A stretch of 64,000 nt of DNA from Octopus sinensis (lineage: Eukaryota): contig NC_043002.1 in the NCBI RefSeq assembly GCF_006345805.1, positions 106,826,001 to 106,890,000 on the forward strand, in the 5' to 3' direction. The translations under genes and the position numbers were made by a program. Positions 35,560-48,804 of the stretch are shown here, one piece after another. Under the pieces are notes generated by a model that made no database searches, was not told the DNA's origin, and was given only the letters and a program-made list of their open reading frames with translations. The first letter of the stretch is position 1; each line of letters starts with the position of its first letter.

Positions 35560-37080
35560 TTTGAGAAAGTTCACTAAAGGATATTGTATCTCCCTTTCTC
35601 TCTCTCTCTCTCTCTCTCCACTCTTACATTCCTCTTAAATGGAACTCGAAAGAGTTGATGAGGGTTTGCTTGAAGAGGAAGGTGACTGCCTTCATTCCTC
35701 CAAACAAGTTCCAACGTATAATCACTTTTGCCATGGCATTCAGATAGAGGTAAATTTCCTACTCTGTTGAACCAAAGGAAAGTGGTGAGGTGATGCACAA
35801 AATGGTATTGATCCGTCCAACATGTCACAACAGTCTTTGACAAAATTCCACAAATCAGAAATGCTTGGATACTGGAATAAGTACATAAGAGTTTTGTCCT
35901 CTTGTCTGCATCTGAAACAGGCCTGACAGATGGCACTACTGTGTCTTTAAAATCTATTCCAAACTGGCAATACCTCTTGGTTGTACTGCTAAGCCATAGA
36001 TTTCTGGAAGTTGCCCATGGCACACAGGCTGAAAGTTTTCCAGAATAGGATGTTCAGTTGATCTTTGGTGATGCTTAGATTCTCCTCGGTATTTCATCTG
36101 TCTTTACATTCTGAGTTCAAATTCCGTCGAGGTCAACTTTGCCTTTCATCCTTTCAGGGTCAATAAATTAAGTACCAGTTGCGTACTGGGGTCAATCTAA
36201 TCAAATGGTCCCTACCCCCAAAATTTTGGGCTTTGTGCTTAGAGTAGAAAAGAATATTGTTGTTTGCATCTGTCATTAACTCTCTAGAGAAAGCAAGGGT
36301 TGCTGTGCCTCTGGCTGCATTGCCCGACTGGTCGAAAACTGAATGTCTTTGCTTGACTCGGGGTGCAATTCAACAAGACAAATAAGGTGCAACAAATGAC
36401 AATTATGCCCTCTCACCCAGGAATCTCTGCTTTAGTTGCAGCCTTAGTGTATGCTTGTGCTTAATCAACCACAGTATAACAAACACTCAGCACTGAGGAT
36501 CTTGACTGCAGGATGGCATTCTGACTGGTGGAACATGTTCCTTCCTCAAGAAGCAACAGAAAAGGTTATCCATTTTGGTCAGAGAATGAAAACTGAAGAT
36601 AATCTACAATGGAGATGATGTATGTGTTCACTATCTCCACTGAAAGTCATTTCTGGTTCAGATCCTGCCATATTTCATTCCATCTCCTAACTATTTGGAA
36701 GACTAACCTAAACCAGATCCTAAACATCTTAACACAACCTGCACTCTAGCAACCCACATTGCTGGCCAATGTGGACTTGTCCCTCTTTCGGTATCAAGTT
36801 CAACAATTTATCCAAGCTGATATAAAAGTGATGAATGAAGGTCCTGAGGATTTATCTGCTAGGAATCATGCAGGTCTGCATGCTGCTCATCACATTATTA
36901 ATGACAAGTGCTGGTTTCTTTTTTGAGCTCCTTGGCCACCATCTTAATCCTTGCACTTAATAGAGTTAAAGATTGGAAATTATTGATGATATCTTCTTGG
37001 TTTGTACCCTTCTTCAGTAGTAGCACCATCATTCCCTAGCTAGAAATGCTCCCAGTCTGTTTTCAGTTGTGATAGACATC
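35560..37080 (-). mobile_element. Degraded Tx1/L1-clade LINE 3' portion with SINE B inserted at about 36085-36255
   Basis: Frameshifted remnants LFQYPSISDLW and HQLFRVPFKRNVRVERE resemble Tx1-type C-termini (recalled similarity, not searched). Confidence 0.5.
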
Positions 37081-38401
37081 TGCCAAGAGAGAGGTGAATA
37101 AATTTCAAGAATATACACAAAACTTATAGAGAAGAGGGTCCAAACCAAGTTATTTGCATATGTCTGCAAAGGTGTGAGTGTGGTAAGATGTGTACTTCCA
37201 ACCACATGGCTCCAGGTTCAGTCCCACTGCTTGGCACTTTGTGAGTGGATTTGGTAGATGGAATCTGAAAGAAGCCTGTTATATGTGTGTATGTTTGTCC
37301 CCCACCACCATCACTGGGCAACTGGCATTGGTATGTTTACAGCCCTGTAACTTAGCAGTTCACCAATAGAATAAGTACCAAACTTTAAAAAAATAAGTCC
37401 TGGGGTCAATTCATTTGATTAAAAATTCTTCAACACAGTGCCCCAGCATGGTCACAGTCTAATGACTGAAACAAGTAAAAGATATTTACTTTCTGACAAA
37501 CTTATTCAACTACTGTTATTGAAGTTTTTGCAACACATTTTCTTTGTAGTTCTTCATTATATCTGCTAAGAAAAGGTAGATTGTTGAGCAGGGTATCAAT
37601 AGTCTTTAGCCCACCTCTCTCCCCAAATAGCAGAGTAATATGTTGCTGGAAAACCATGTACATTTGCCAAGATAAGAGCCCATTTTGGTTCATCACAGAT
37701 CTAATTGTGGCTTTGTTGCAGCATCATATTTGCATTTCTGATGGCACAGCCTTGGCATTGCTTATCAAAGAAATGGCCAAGTGCCATTTTTGTCAATATC
37801 ATGTTGGTTTCAATGCTTTTTGTAATTCCTTCTCCTAATCTGACTAGACTCACCCCTGAAGCTTATTGTTTTCTATCATTACTTCTTTTCTACACATTAT
37901 CATTTCTACCCAAATGATTCCTTTCAGAGAGTCCCACCACCTGTTTGTTGATGAATACCACCTCCCAGCTCTTATTTCATTAGTTCACATGCCAGTAACT
38001 AGGCCTGTCTATGTGTTCTATACTGACTGTGCTGTTTACGGATGGAGTTGTGAAGACCCTGCATTATCCTTATCTACTCATTGCCATGATATAGATGAGA
38101 TGGTGCAGTTTATCCATGTCCACACTGGCACATTTGGGAAATCTTGATAACTGTCAGACAATTGGAAATGATTGAACAAGTTTGTGATGTTTTTATTTTT
38201 CTTTCTGTTTTCAGAGACTTCCATACAATCCCAGCATGCATCTAAGATCCCATTCCTGTCGCTCTCCATCCCTAACAAATACGACATTTCCAAGAACAAC
38301 TCTGGATGTCTGCAGAAGTCCAGTTACCTTGTTACCACCTTCTGTGGAAAAGTGGTTTTGCCAAAGTTTTCTCTTTTGTGCATATCATATGGTATCCTGT
38401 G

Positions 38402-38712
38402 GAGGCACAATGGCCCTGTGGTTAGGGCAGTGCACTCACGGTTGTAGGATCGTGGTCTCGATTCCCAGACCAGGTGTTGTGTTTATTGAGCGAAAACACC
38501 TGAAGCATCATGAGGCTCTGGCAGTGGGGGAGGGATACCTGCTGTATCTATCTACTTACAACTATTTCACCACAACTTTCTCTCACTCTTTCTTCTGTTG
38601 GCCTGCTCATTTAGCCAGCGGGGTGGCGTCATTTGAAGGCTAAAACAATGTGAAGCGCATTGTGACCAGTGATGTGTAGCAACATTTAATAGCCTGGTTG
38701 GTCACGGGGATT
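38402..38712 (+). mobile_element. tRNA-derived SINE family D
   Basis: A box TGGCCCTGTGG, B box-like GTCTCGATTCC; 3' part matches 2515-2604. Confidence 0.7.
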
Positions 38713-38984
38713 ATGGTGATATGGTATCCATATCTGTGAGAGGTCTGTCTCAGCTGGCGTCAGCTTAGGACACAAAATTGTCAGGAGCTTCTTGGAGTCA
38801 CACTTATAAGTGACCCTTCTCTATTCCTCCTTCAATATCTCCTCTCTTAGAAGTGATATATGCTCTGCCATGCTATTCCTCTTTTTCCAGCATTTGATCT
38901 TTGATTGCCTTGATGTTCTTCTTTTCAGAACTTTGCTATTTTTTCAAATGATGTTATTTGGAAGAAAGACTTGCAATTATTATT

Positions 38985-39275
38985 GCCGATGCCAGCGCTG
39001 CCTTGGCTGGCTCCCGTGCCGGTGGCACGTTAAAAGCACCAACCGATCGTGGCCGATGCCAGACTCCCCTGGCACCTGTGCAGGTGGCACGTAAAAAGCA
39101 CCCACTACACTCGCGGAGTGGTTGGCGTTAGGAATGGCATCCAGCTGTAGAAACACTGCCAGATCAGACTGGAGCCTGGTGCAGCCGCCTGGCTTCCCAG
39201 ACCCCGGTCGAACCATCCAACCCGTGCTAGCGCAGAAAACGAACGTTAAACGATGATGATGATGATGATGATGAT
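38985..39275 (+). mobile_element. RTE 3'-UTR/(GAT)n fragment, followed by SINE B (about 39282-39435)
   Basis: Near-identical to 640-942. Confidence 0.85.
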
Positions 39276-39711
39276 TGATAAAGCGGTGAGCTGGCAGAAT
39301 CATTAGCATGCTGGCAAAAATGCTTAGCGGCATTTCATTCATCTCATATTTTGAGTTCAAATTTTACCAATGTTGACTTTGCCTTTCATCTTTTCAGGGT
39401 TGATAAAATAGGTACCAGTTGAGTACTGGGGTTAATGTTGCTGCTTCGTGTAGACAAGCAGGGTCACAATCACCACCATGATAACAAAGATGAACAATGG
39501 TTTAAATTTTTTGGAGCCATTTATTTTCTACTCGTACGTAACACCATGCACATGTACCCCATGTATATACAAATGTATGGCAAGTGTACGGTAGAAAAAA
39601 ACTTTGTCGGCTCATCATTCTAGAAGCAGCATTAAAGCGGCAAGCTGGCAGAAACGTTCGCACACCGGACGAAATGCTTAATGCTATTTCGTCTGTCTTT
39701 ATGTTCTGAGT

Positions 39712-40042
39712 AGGTGAGGGCGCATGGCTTAGTGGTTAGGGCATTCGGCTCATGATCGTAAGGTTGTGAGTTCGATTCCCGGCGACATGTTGTGTCCTTG
39801 AGCAAGACACTTTATTTCACGTTGCTCCAGTCCACTCAGCTGGCAAAAATGAGTTGTACTTGTATTTCAAAGGGTCAGCCTTGTCACTCTCTGTGTCACG
39901 CTGATTATCCCCGAGAACTACGTTAAGGGTACACGTGTCTGTGGAATGCTCAGCCATTTGCACGTTAATTTCACGAGCAAGCTGTTCCGTTGATCGTATC
40001 AGCTGGGACCCTCGTCGTCGTAACCGGCGGAGTCTTTTTTTA
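39712..40042 (+). mobile_element. tRNA-derived SINE with V-domain-like core, nested inside a SINE B
   Basis: A box TGGCTTAGTGG, B box GTTCGATTCC, GTGTCCTTGAGCAAGACACTT core; TSD ATGTTCTGAGT at 39701-39711 and 40043-40053. Confidence 0.8.
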
Positions 40043-40339
40043 ATGTTCTGAGTTCAAATACCACCGAGGTCAACTTTGCCTTTCATCCTTTTGGGGTCGA
40101 TTCTAGAAGCGTTGGGCCTCATGGAGACAAAGTGGCTGAAATCCTTTTGAGCATTGGGCCTTGTGGAGGCAAAGTGAGTGAACTCCTTTCTAGTGTTGGG
40201 CCTCACAGGGGCAATGACCAAGGCCTTTGAAGCACTTTTCGAGCATTAGGCTTCAAAGAGGAAAAGTGGCTGAGCTCCTTTTGAGTGTTGGGCCATGACC
40301 AAGACCTTTGGCAATATGTTGTGCTTGAGAAGCACCCTC

Positions 40340-41150
40340 ACAGGCATCACCTGTCACTTCAGTAAGGTGAGTTCCCAAAGATGACAAAAACTTCACTGCT
40401 AACAGCCTAGCCCTTAACATCTCAAACACCACAGGCTGGAAGAAGTGGTTCACTGCCAAAAAGATTTTGTTCTGTTCATCTACAGAAGAAATGACTTTCC
40501 CATTTACTGCAGCATCCAGGATGTGGGACAGAGCAAAGGAGTTGCAGATTGTGACATCCCAGTTGAGGCCCAGGGACAAAAGGTAAGACTATCTGGTCTC
40601 TTCCCATCACTTCTGGATAATCTTGCTGGCTTCAGAAATGAGGTGAGTATCAACAGAAGCCAGGGCTCGCTCGGCATGACAAGTGAAATGACCAGCATTT
40701 AGGAGGCAGTAGGACAAACCATGAAGGCCTGTGGAGTTGAGGGGCCTACCACAGCAACATCTCAGTCCCCCACAGACATCAGCTCCCACTCTGAGAGCAA
40801 TGGAGATACAAAGCTCACCCACATTGTGTAAACCACCAATGTTGGCGATGGGCAGGGCATCAATCCAGTATCCTGAGAATTTTCACCTGCAGAAAGTAGT
40901 GACACCTTGAAAATTGATCAGAAAGTTGAAAGCAGTACCTAAGTGCAGATTGTCCTGTACTCTCTGCTTCCATCTATCCTCAGCTGTGTCGGGAACTAAC
41001 AAACCCAGCTTTCTCTCCAATGTAACAGAGCTTCATCCATCTCCCTATTGGAACTAGTCCATGTTGGAAAGGAGAGGACGTTGCATACCAAAGAGGAACA
41101 AGCATGGATTCAAGAAAGAAAACAGGGAAGAGATAGTAATGGACCCCAAT
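40340..41150 (-). mobile_element. CRE-clade non-LTR retrotransposon 3' fragment with RLE endonuclease
   Basis: Frameshifted ISIALRVGADVCGGLRCCCG..GLHGLS, LSRSDGKRPDSLTFCPW (PD motif) and FFQPVVFE..FLSSLG..LTEVTGD. Confidence 0.7.
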
Positions 41151-41707
41151 TTCAGCAGCATGTACTCAGGTAAAAAAAGAAGCTTTTAGTGCAGTAAACC
41201 CCATATTTAAAGAAACTTCATATGTAGGATCGAGAGTGATTTTTTGAGAGCTTTTTTTTTTTTTTAAGTGTCGTATATTCCTTCAAATACGATAATTTGT
41301 ACCTGCGACAATCAAAGATCAAAATCCAGTCGTTCGTCTCGATTCACCCGACACGTACGTTTCTACGTGTAAAAAGAATTTAATTTTGGATGTTCTGAGT
41401 CCCACACGACCAACGCATCCTCTCCAACTCCACCAAATTTATGTCCCATCTTATATTTCTCTAATGTCCACGTTTACATTCTTCAACAGAAAGCAATGTA
41501 CGTATGTCAAGTAGAGAAAGAAGTGGTACAAGTGTCAGATAAGCTAAAGACGTCACTATTTAATTTTAATCTAACAATTCTATGTCTAAGTACTGTGACG
41601 ATTTTCTTGTCCCTTTATCCTTTCATGACCCTTAGATTAAATATTAGTAATTTGAGGTCTCTTTGTAAAAATAAATTAGCCTTGTGTGGTATGATACCTC
41701 CATAAAT

Positions 41708-42031
41708 CGGATCTTTTCGCTTTGACCGGCAGATTTTAAAAATAATTTCTTTGTAACTAAACACTTTTAAACTTCGTATACTGGTAGAATGTGTTACATA
41801 AAACATCTTTTTCTCTTGGCTTTCTTGAGAAAATTCTGTAGTTTGTACGCTATTTGTTGTTTAATTTTTTGTATTTCGACAATTTCAACAACTTACAAAC
41901 TACAGAATTTTCTCAAGAAAGCCAAGAGAAAAAGATGTTTTATGTAACACACTACCAGTATACGAAGTTTAAAAGTGTTTAGTTACAAAGAAATTATTTT
42001 AAAAATCTGCCGGTCAAAGTGAAAAGATCCC
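41708..42031. mobile_element. Near-palindromic MITE of the GGGATC family with 6-bp TSD
   Basis: About 135-bp arms; ATAAAT at 41702-41707 and 42032-42037; the right arm resembles 28890-29029. Confidence 0.85.
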
Positions 42032-42144
42032 ATAAATCAAACAATAACAAAATGTATTCATTTAAAGGTCTTTTGTCACATTGGTCTATCATATCCTGCT
42101 GCACATAAGTATAATTTAATTAGAATCGGCATCCGTCTTCCAAC

Positions 42145-42154
42145 ATGGCTGGAG
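42145..42154 (+). CDS. C19orf47: C19orf47 homologue exon 1 (coding part M-A-G)
   Basis: CCAACATGGCTGGAG|GTAAAA; phase 1 joins exon 2 to give [12 protein letters not shown] very short exon chosen by phase and context. Confidence 0.6.
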
Positions 42155-42771
42155 GTAAAATTATCAACTTTCTCAAATTTTCCACATTTTCCCACCTTAT
42201 AAACCAACACAAATGGCTCTTTATTTCTGACACTTATTTACCTTACTAATATCTCCAAATCTCCACCTTATTATGTTTCGATTCGATTTCGTATTTGCCC
42301 AAAAGTCAACTTTTTTTCATTCACGTTTCTCGGAATGTTTTTATTTATAGCTTAAAATATTTATTTCTTATCCGACTATTTTTTAATTAATATTTAGCTT
42401 TAATTGTTTAATTTACAGTGGTGTGGGAGGTTTATCTTCATTATACTTTAGAAACCGTAAATAACATTCTAAAAATACACATTATTATTCTTAATTTTAA
42501 TTACTGCAGGATTTCGTTAAAATTTTTCTCTCAGTTTCTTCTAAAGTCGCCTCTGCCTCTTTCACCCTTCTGGGTTTTTTTTAATAAATATACTGATGTC
42601 GATTGAATCAACTATTCCCTAATCTCACATTTATTGCCTTGTGTCTGTGTTAGAAACGATTTGTTTACTTAAAACAACTCCTAGCATAAGTAAGAAAGGA
42701 AAATAACAATCAACAACAAACGGCCATAGATATTTTAGTTTCAGAAAGACGAGAGCCTCCCCACTCCTATA

Positions 42772-42822
<51 letters not shown>

Positions 42823-43075
42823 GTATATATATATATGTATATATATATGTATATATATATATATGTATATATTATGTATATATATATATAGTATATATAT
42901 ATATATGTATATATATATGTATATATATATATATGTATATATATATGTATATATTATATATATGTATATATATATATATATACATAATATATATATAATA
43001 TATATATATATATACATACTATATATATACATATATATATACATATAATATATATATATATACATATATATATAC

Positions 43076-43118
<43 letters not shown>

Positions 43119-43171
43119 CATATAATATATATATATATATATACTATATCTATATATATATATATATATTA

Positions 43172-43213
<42 letters not shown>

Positions 43214-43289
43214 ATACATATATATATATATACATACATATATATATAATATACATACATATATTATATATACATATATATATACATAC

Positions 43290-43320
<31 letters not shown>

Positions 43321-43345
43321 CATACATATATATATATATACATAC

Positions 43346-43380
<35 letters not shown>

Positions 43381-43424
43381 CATACATATATATATATATA
43401 TACACATATATATATATAATATAC

Positions 43425-43478
<54 letters not shown>

Positions 43479-43484
43479 CATATA

Positions 43485-43515
<31 letters not shown>

Positions 43516-43520
43516 CATAC

Positions 43521-43556
<36 letters not shown>

Positions 43557-43954
43557 CATATATATATTATATATATATATACATATATCTTTTACTCTTT
43601 TACTCTTTTACTTGTTTCAGTCATTTGACTGCGGCCATGCTGGAGCACCACCTTTTAGTACTTATTCTATCGGTCTCTTTTTGCCGAACCGCTAAGTGAC
43701 GGGGACATAAAACACACCAGCATCGGTTGTCAAGCAATGCTAGGGGGACAAACACAGACACACAAACACACATATACATATATATACATATATACGACAG
43801 GCTTCTTTCAGTTTCCGTCTACCAAATCCATCACAAGGCATTGGTCGGCCCGGGCTATAGCAGAAGACACTTGCCCAAGATGCCACGCAGTGGACTGAAC
43901 CCGCAACCGTGTGGTTGGTTAGCAAGCTACTTACCACACAGCCACTCCTGCGCC

Positions 43955-43988
<34 letters not shown>

Positions 43989-44119
43989 ACATATATATAT
44001 ATATATATATACTATATATATATATACATCTATATATACATATATAATACATATATATATATATACATATATATATACATATATATATATATACATTATA
44101 TATACATATATATATATAC

Positions 44120-44170
<51 letters not shown>
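42772..44170. repeat. Compound (TA)n microsatellites (42772-43588 and 43957-44170) around a SINE A (43589-43956, -)
   Basis: Seen directly. Confidence 0.95.
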
Positions 44171-44174
<4 letters not shown>

Positions 44175-44179
44175 GTTTT

Positions 44180-44450
44180 CCTTTGAGTGTTCCAGCCCAA
44201 AGGCTGTGGCCTTGCTGGGGCATTACCATTTCATCACTTTTTTCAATGCCATTTTCATATAGATAGTTGGCCTTAAGTAGTGAATAGGCCAGTTTGGTAT
44301 TGTTGCATTGATATAGAGGTTTATCTTGGATCTTGGACAACAGAAGATCCAGGTGCTTCTTGAAAACATTTATCCCCCAACTCCACGCAGATAGATCGAT
44401 ATAGTCGCACTGACTTTTCAGTTCCGATTCGGCACAAGACAATTGTTATT
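44180..44450 (-). mobile_element. CR1-group LINE 3' fragment
   Basis: VFKKHLDLLLSKIQDKP resembles the 32300 element C-terminus. Confidence 0.5.
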
Positions 44451-45326
44451 ATTTAACTCTAAATCAGTTCTGAATGAGCAAAAGCTTTCCAGTCGTAACC
44501 CATTTTTTTTAGTCATTGTCTACCCCAGAACTACATTATACAGTATAACGTGGGAGGTTTTTTTTTCTTCTTTAAAGATATGTGTGTAATTTGACGACGA
44601 ATTCGCTGCTATTTCTAACAGGTCGGTGACCGATCATTCCTGTTACGGCCTTTTCAGAAGTAAATACAAACAGAAACCAGAATAACAGAATAAAATACAA
44701 ACACGAACGTCATTAGATATTCTTAAGGAATAAAGAATATTATTTGTATATTAAATAGTCTGTTTTATACAAACAATCCTAGGTTAGATTAAACAAGAAT
44801 AACCATGGTAAATATTATATAACCATGTTAAACGTTATATAAATTACATATATTTATACTTAAATAATAATACTGTAAACATGATTGACAATACGTGTTT
44901 GGATTCTTGTTTGTTTAGAAAAATATAACGATATTCATGTTTGTATTCTGTTATTCTGATTTCTGTTTTGTATTTTCTTTTGAGTTGACTTACGGCGTTA
45001 TATTAAGGCAAGGCGAATCGCCCCCGGTCGAGCGACCCCGCATTATTTAAAGGGTTTTCTCGTTTGACTTGAAGGCAAATATTTTACAGAGGAGTTAAAA
45101 AAAAAAAAAAGAACGATATTCAGTATAAATCACTTTAATGTATCTATCCTGGTAAATTTATCGACCCCCGAGGTATGAAAACCAAGATTGATCCAGGTGA
45201 GATGAGTTCAGAACATAAAAGGATGGAGTTAAATCGTGTAAAACTCGTGATTTCCCTGTCTCTTCTGCTCCTTTGTCTGGTCAATTGTATGTTAACTGCA
45301 TTCTCTCTGTTTTAAAATATATAAAA

Positions 45327-45724
45327 CTAGCAGTATCGCCCGGCGTTGCTCGGGTTTGTAAGGGAAATAACTATATAAGCATTTTTAGAGAGTTATAGCC
45401 AAAAAATAGCAAAAAGTGCATTAAAAACGGGAAAAAAATGATGGTAAATTTTTTTAAAAATCGTTGACTCATCGTAGACATTTTTAGAGAGTTACTTCTC
45501 TTATATAATAGCGAAAAAATGCATTAGAATGGAAAAAAATGATGTTAAATTTTTTTTTAAAATCGTAGACTCATCGTAGACGCGCGCTAATACCCAGAAG
45601 GGCTCGATATGAATCACGACTATAAGATACCCGGTTTTGGTTAAACTGCACTGCAAAATGTGGGAGTAGTTAGGAATCTAAATCGTAGGAGACAGACACA
45701 CAACTTCACTTTTATATATAAAGA
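45327..45724 (-). mobile_element. Short non-autonomous Helitron
   Basis: A|TC...hairpin-CTAG|T; nearly collinear with 25397-25770; 398 bp. Confidence 0.87.
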
Positions 45725-45950
45725 TTTATCCAGATTTTTTTCATATATTTAGATTTTTTACTTATTTCAAAAATGCTTAATATTAACTCCTCGATTGATT
45801 TGATATATTCCCAGCTGTTTGTATTTTATTTGATACCCTTAATCACTCTGATGAATTTAAAGTAACTTTGTTTTATTTAAAAAAAATTTTTTTTTATTGC
45901 TATCATAAATAAGCGAAATTAAAGTAACTTAAAAAAAAAATCAAGCAACA

Positions 45951-46358
45951 TAGGTGCAGGAGTGGCTGTGTGGTAAGTAGCTTGCTAACCAACCACATGG
46001 TTCCGCGTTCAGTCCCACTGCGTGGCATCTTGGGCAAGTGTCTTCTGCTATAGCCCCGGGCCGACCAATGCCTTGTGAGTGGATTTGGTAGACGGAAACT
46101 GAAAGAAGCCTGTCGTATATATGTATATATGTATGTGTGTGTTTGTGTGTCTGTGTTTGTCCCCCTAGCATTGCTTGACAACCGATGCTGGTGTGTTTAC
46201 GTCCCCGTCACTTAGCGGTTCGGCAAAAAAGAGACCGATAGAATAAGTACTGGGCTTACAAAGAATAAGTCCCGGGGTCGATTTGCTCGACTAAAGGCGG
46301 TGCTCCAGCATGGCTGCAGTCAAATGACTGAAACAAGTAAAAGAGAGAGTAAAAGAGT
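45951..46358 (+). mobile_element. SINE A, young subfamily
   Basis: Full-length head to AGTAAAAGAG tail. Confidence 0.9.
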
Positions 46359-46779
46359 AACAAACGCCAAGATTCCATTATGGGTGTAAAAGTTTAAAAA
46401 CACAATGTGTTCTCAAACTTTTATTTTCCCACCTTTAAGGCCAGCAAAAACGATGTGCACAGTATAAGTGATGAAGTTTGAACCGGGTTCTGCTGTGTTT
46501 ACTGATGAGGTCCATAACACAGAAACATATCTTATGTTGTCACTTTTCTCTTTGTCTTAGGATACAGCAATCCACTTTTCGATGTATCCCTTTTTCTATT
46601 CATTACCATCTTGCTCCTTCTTAGGGACGTGAAACGAATTAGATTATTATTAAATTAAGTTGTCATTTAACCCCAGGTCAGGCCTGTCGCAACAAACTTT
46701 ATACTTGAATGTATTCCAGCCATGACCTTTGTTCCAAGTATGTGACTATATTATAGTGAATAGTCATCCTGTTTTACTT

Positions 46780-47230
46780 TTATAATAATAATGAAATTAT
46801 TGTATACAGTGCTCAGGTGCACCACAACTTGTCAGACAGTGCATATAAATTATATGCAGTAATGTACAAATGTCTGGAAAGTGAACAGTGTATAAGTCAG
46901 ATACATGCTTGTGTGTGTATGGAGGGGAGAAAATCAGGTGTAGTGTAGGCGAATCTCAGAAAGCATGGAAGTTTTGAAGGATGCAGTGCTCCGACAACTA
47001 ATAACTGATGCCGGCAGTTTGTTCCATGCTTCAGCAACTCTCAGCGTGAAAAAATGTTTCCTAAAGTCATGGGAGCTGTGCTGTTTTTTGACTTTGTAAA
47101 TATGTCCACGGGTGTTAGACGGGTGGAGTTTGAAAAGGTGCTCAGAGTTATTGTTCGTACGATGGTTGATAATTTTATGGGTGTCTGCCAAGTCAGGTTA
47201 AGGTTTCATGCGAAGGAGATTTGGCAGGCA
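46780..47230 (-). mobile_element. CR1 LINE 3' end
   Basis: TRGHIYKVKKQHSSHDFRKHFFTLRVAEAWNKLPASV..FK; (ATT)n tail near 46785. Confidence 0.85.
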
Positions 47231-47363
47231 ACTACAAAGGGTTTCCTTTATTCATTTGACGTTTTAGCTTGTTTGTTTTTTTTTGTTTTTCTCCTATGTA
47301 AAATATTTCTGTGGGATAAATATTTCTAAAACTCAATTGCTGTATTTGATTTTGTTTGTTTAG

Positions 47364-47575
47364 AAACTTCTCAGATGCCATATTGGCTCAACTTCTTTGT
47401 GAATGCTGGAATTCCTCCTGGAGAAGCTACGAATTATGCTGTAACTTTTACTGATAACCGCATACAGAAGGACATGTTGCTTGACTTGACAAAAGAATAT
47501 CTCAAAGATATGGGGATCACATTGCTGGGTGATGTCATCTCCATCTTGCGTCATGCTAAATCAGTCCATGCTCAG
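47364..47575 (+). CDS. C19orf47: C19orf47 homologue exon 2 (SAM-like N-terminal domain)
   Basis: [59 protein letters not shown] matches the recalled family N-terminus; acceptor TTTAG|, donor CAG|GT, phase 0. Confidence 0.9.
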
Positions 47576-48399
47576 GTTTGTAAAACCATTTTTCTTTCTT
47601 GTTGATCAAATATGACATAGCTAAAACTCAGAATGTGAAGATGGATGTAATGCTGCTAACAGTTCTGCCAGCTCACAGCCAAACTATAATGTATTAATAT
47701 TTATTTTTATCCTTGCCTGCCACCTTGGGATGGTTTATACTATGGTTTTAACCCTTTCATTAACAACCCTGCTGAAGCTGGGGTTGTAGTACTCTGTAGT
47801 ACAAATGTCTTGTTTTCATAAGTTTTTAATTAAAATCTTCCACCAAACTTTAGTCACAATTTATGTTCCTAACACTAGCTTAATGATAACTAAGTTATTT
47901 TACTAAATTCTTTGTTATATTTGAAATTAATTGAAAGAAACACAGAGCATCTCAACAGAATTATGGTAACGAAAGAGTTTGATTGTCACAGGTACAAATT
48001 ATCGTATTTGAAGGAATATACGACTCTTAAAAAAAAACTCTTGAAAAATCACTCTGGATCCTACATACAAAGTTTCTTTAAACGAAAGAGAATATATAAT
48101 AGAGAAACAATTCTTAACCCTTTTGATTCCAACCCGGCTGAAACTGCCTCTGGCAGAGCATCTCAAAATAATACAGTAACGAAAGGGTTAACTGTTTCAC
48201 AACTATCTTCCCGGTGTGTGTGATGAGAGGGTTTAACTGTTTTACAGCTGTCTGTGCTCCCTACATGTTTGAGATGGTTTATGTGAAATGGTATCAATTT
48301 ACAAATGTAAACAAAGAGAAAGAAAAATGTTGGGAGGGAATTACAGGTTGTACACCCCAGACCAAATGGCATGTTCAGCTGCACCTCACAGACATAATT

Positions 48400-48700
48400 G
48401 CAAAGGCATTGTTGCCAAGAATGGCCAGTGACACTTGCTACAACAACCACCTCACTTTGTGGGCCTCATTTCAAGGACAATAAAGAAGTACAGGGGCCTG
48501 ACTGACCATTATCAGTTTGTGCCAGTAACCATCAAGGATTCTGTTCTCGAACCCCACACTGCTGCTTTCCTCCACAAAATTTGGATATCAGTGGCCCATC
48601 TGAGAAATGAGCCCTGCAAGGCGAGGTGGCTGTTGCAGTGAGTGTTGCTGACCATTCTCCACAGCCTTTGCAATCCTGTCTTTGAGACACAGCTAAACAT
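48400..48700 (+). mobile_element. Degraded CRE-like RLE C-terminal fragment
   Basis: KKYRGLTDHYQFVPV...AAFLHKI...RWLLQ resembles the CRE C-terminus. Confidence 0.45.
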
Positions 48701-48804
48701 GTTATTTGTTCTGGTGTGCGCAACCTCTGTTTTTTTCTTCTTTTTTCCTGTTTCCTTGGTGAGATAGCTCTGGGAGGTTTATTTCTTTTCTCAATAATTT
48801 GATC

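Noticed and set aside
37880-38400. Third CRE-like fragment on the minus strand
   Set aside because: Only a few residues (LSDSYQ.F) resemble it; too decayed to support.
42631-44096. Long Y/I/M-rich ORFs
   Set aside because: Translations of (TA)n microsatellite.
46490-46540. Second hammerhead at CTGATGAGGTCC...GAAAC
   Set aside because: No stem II can form between the core and GAAA.
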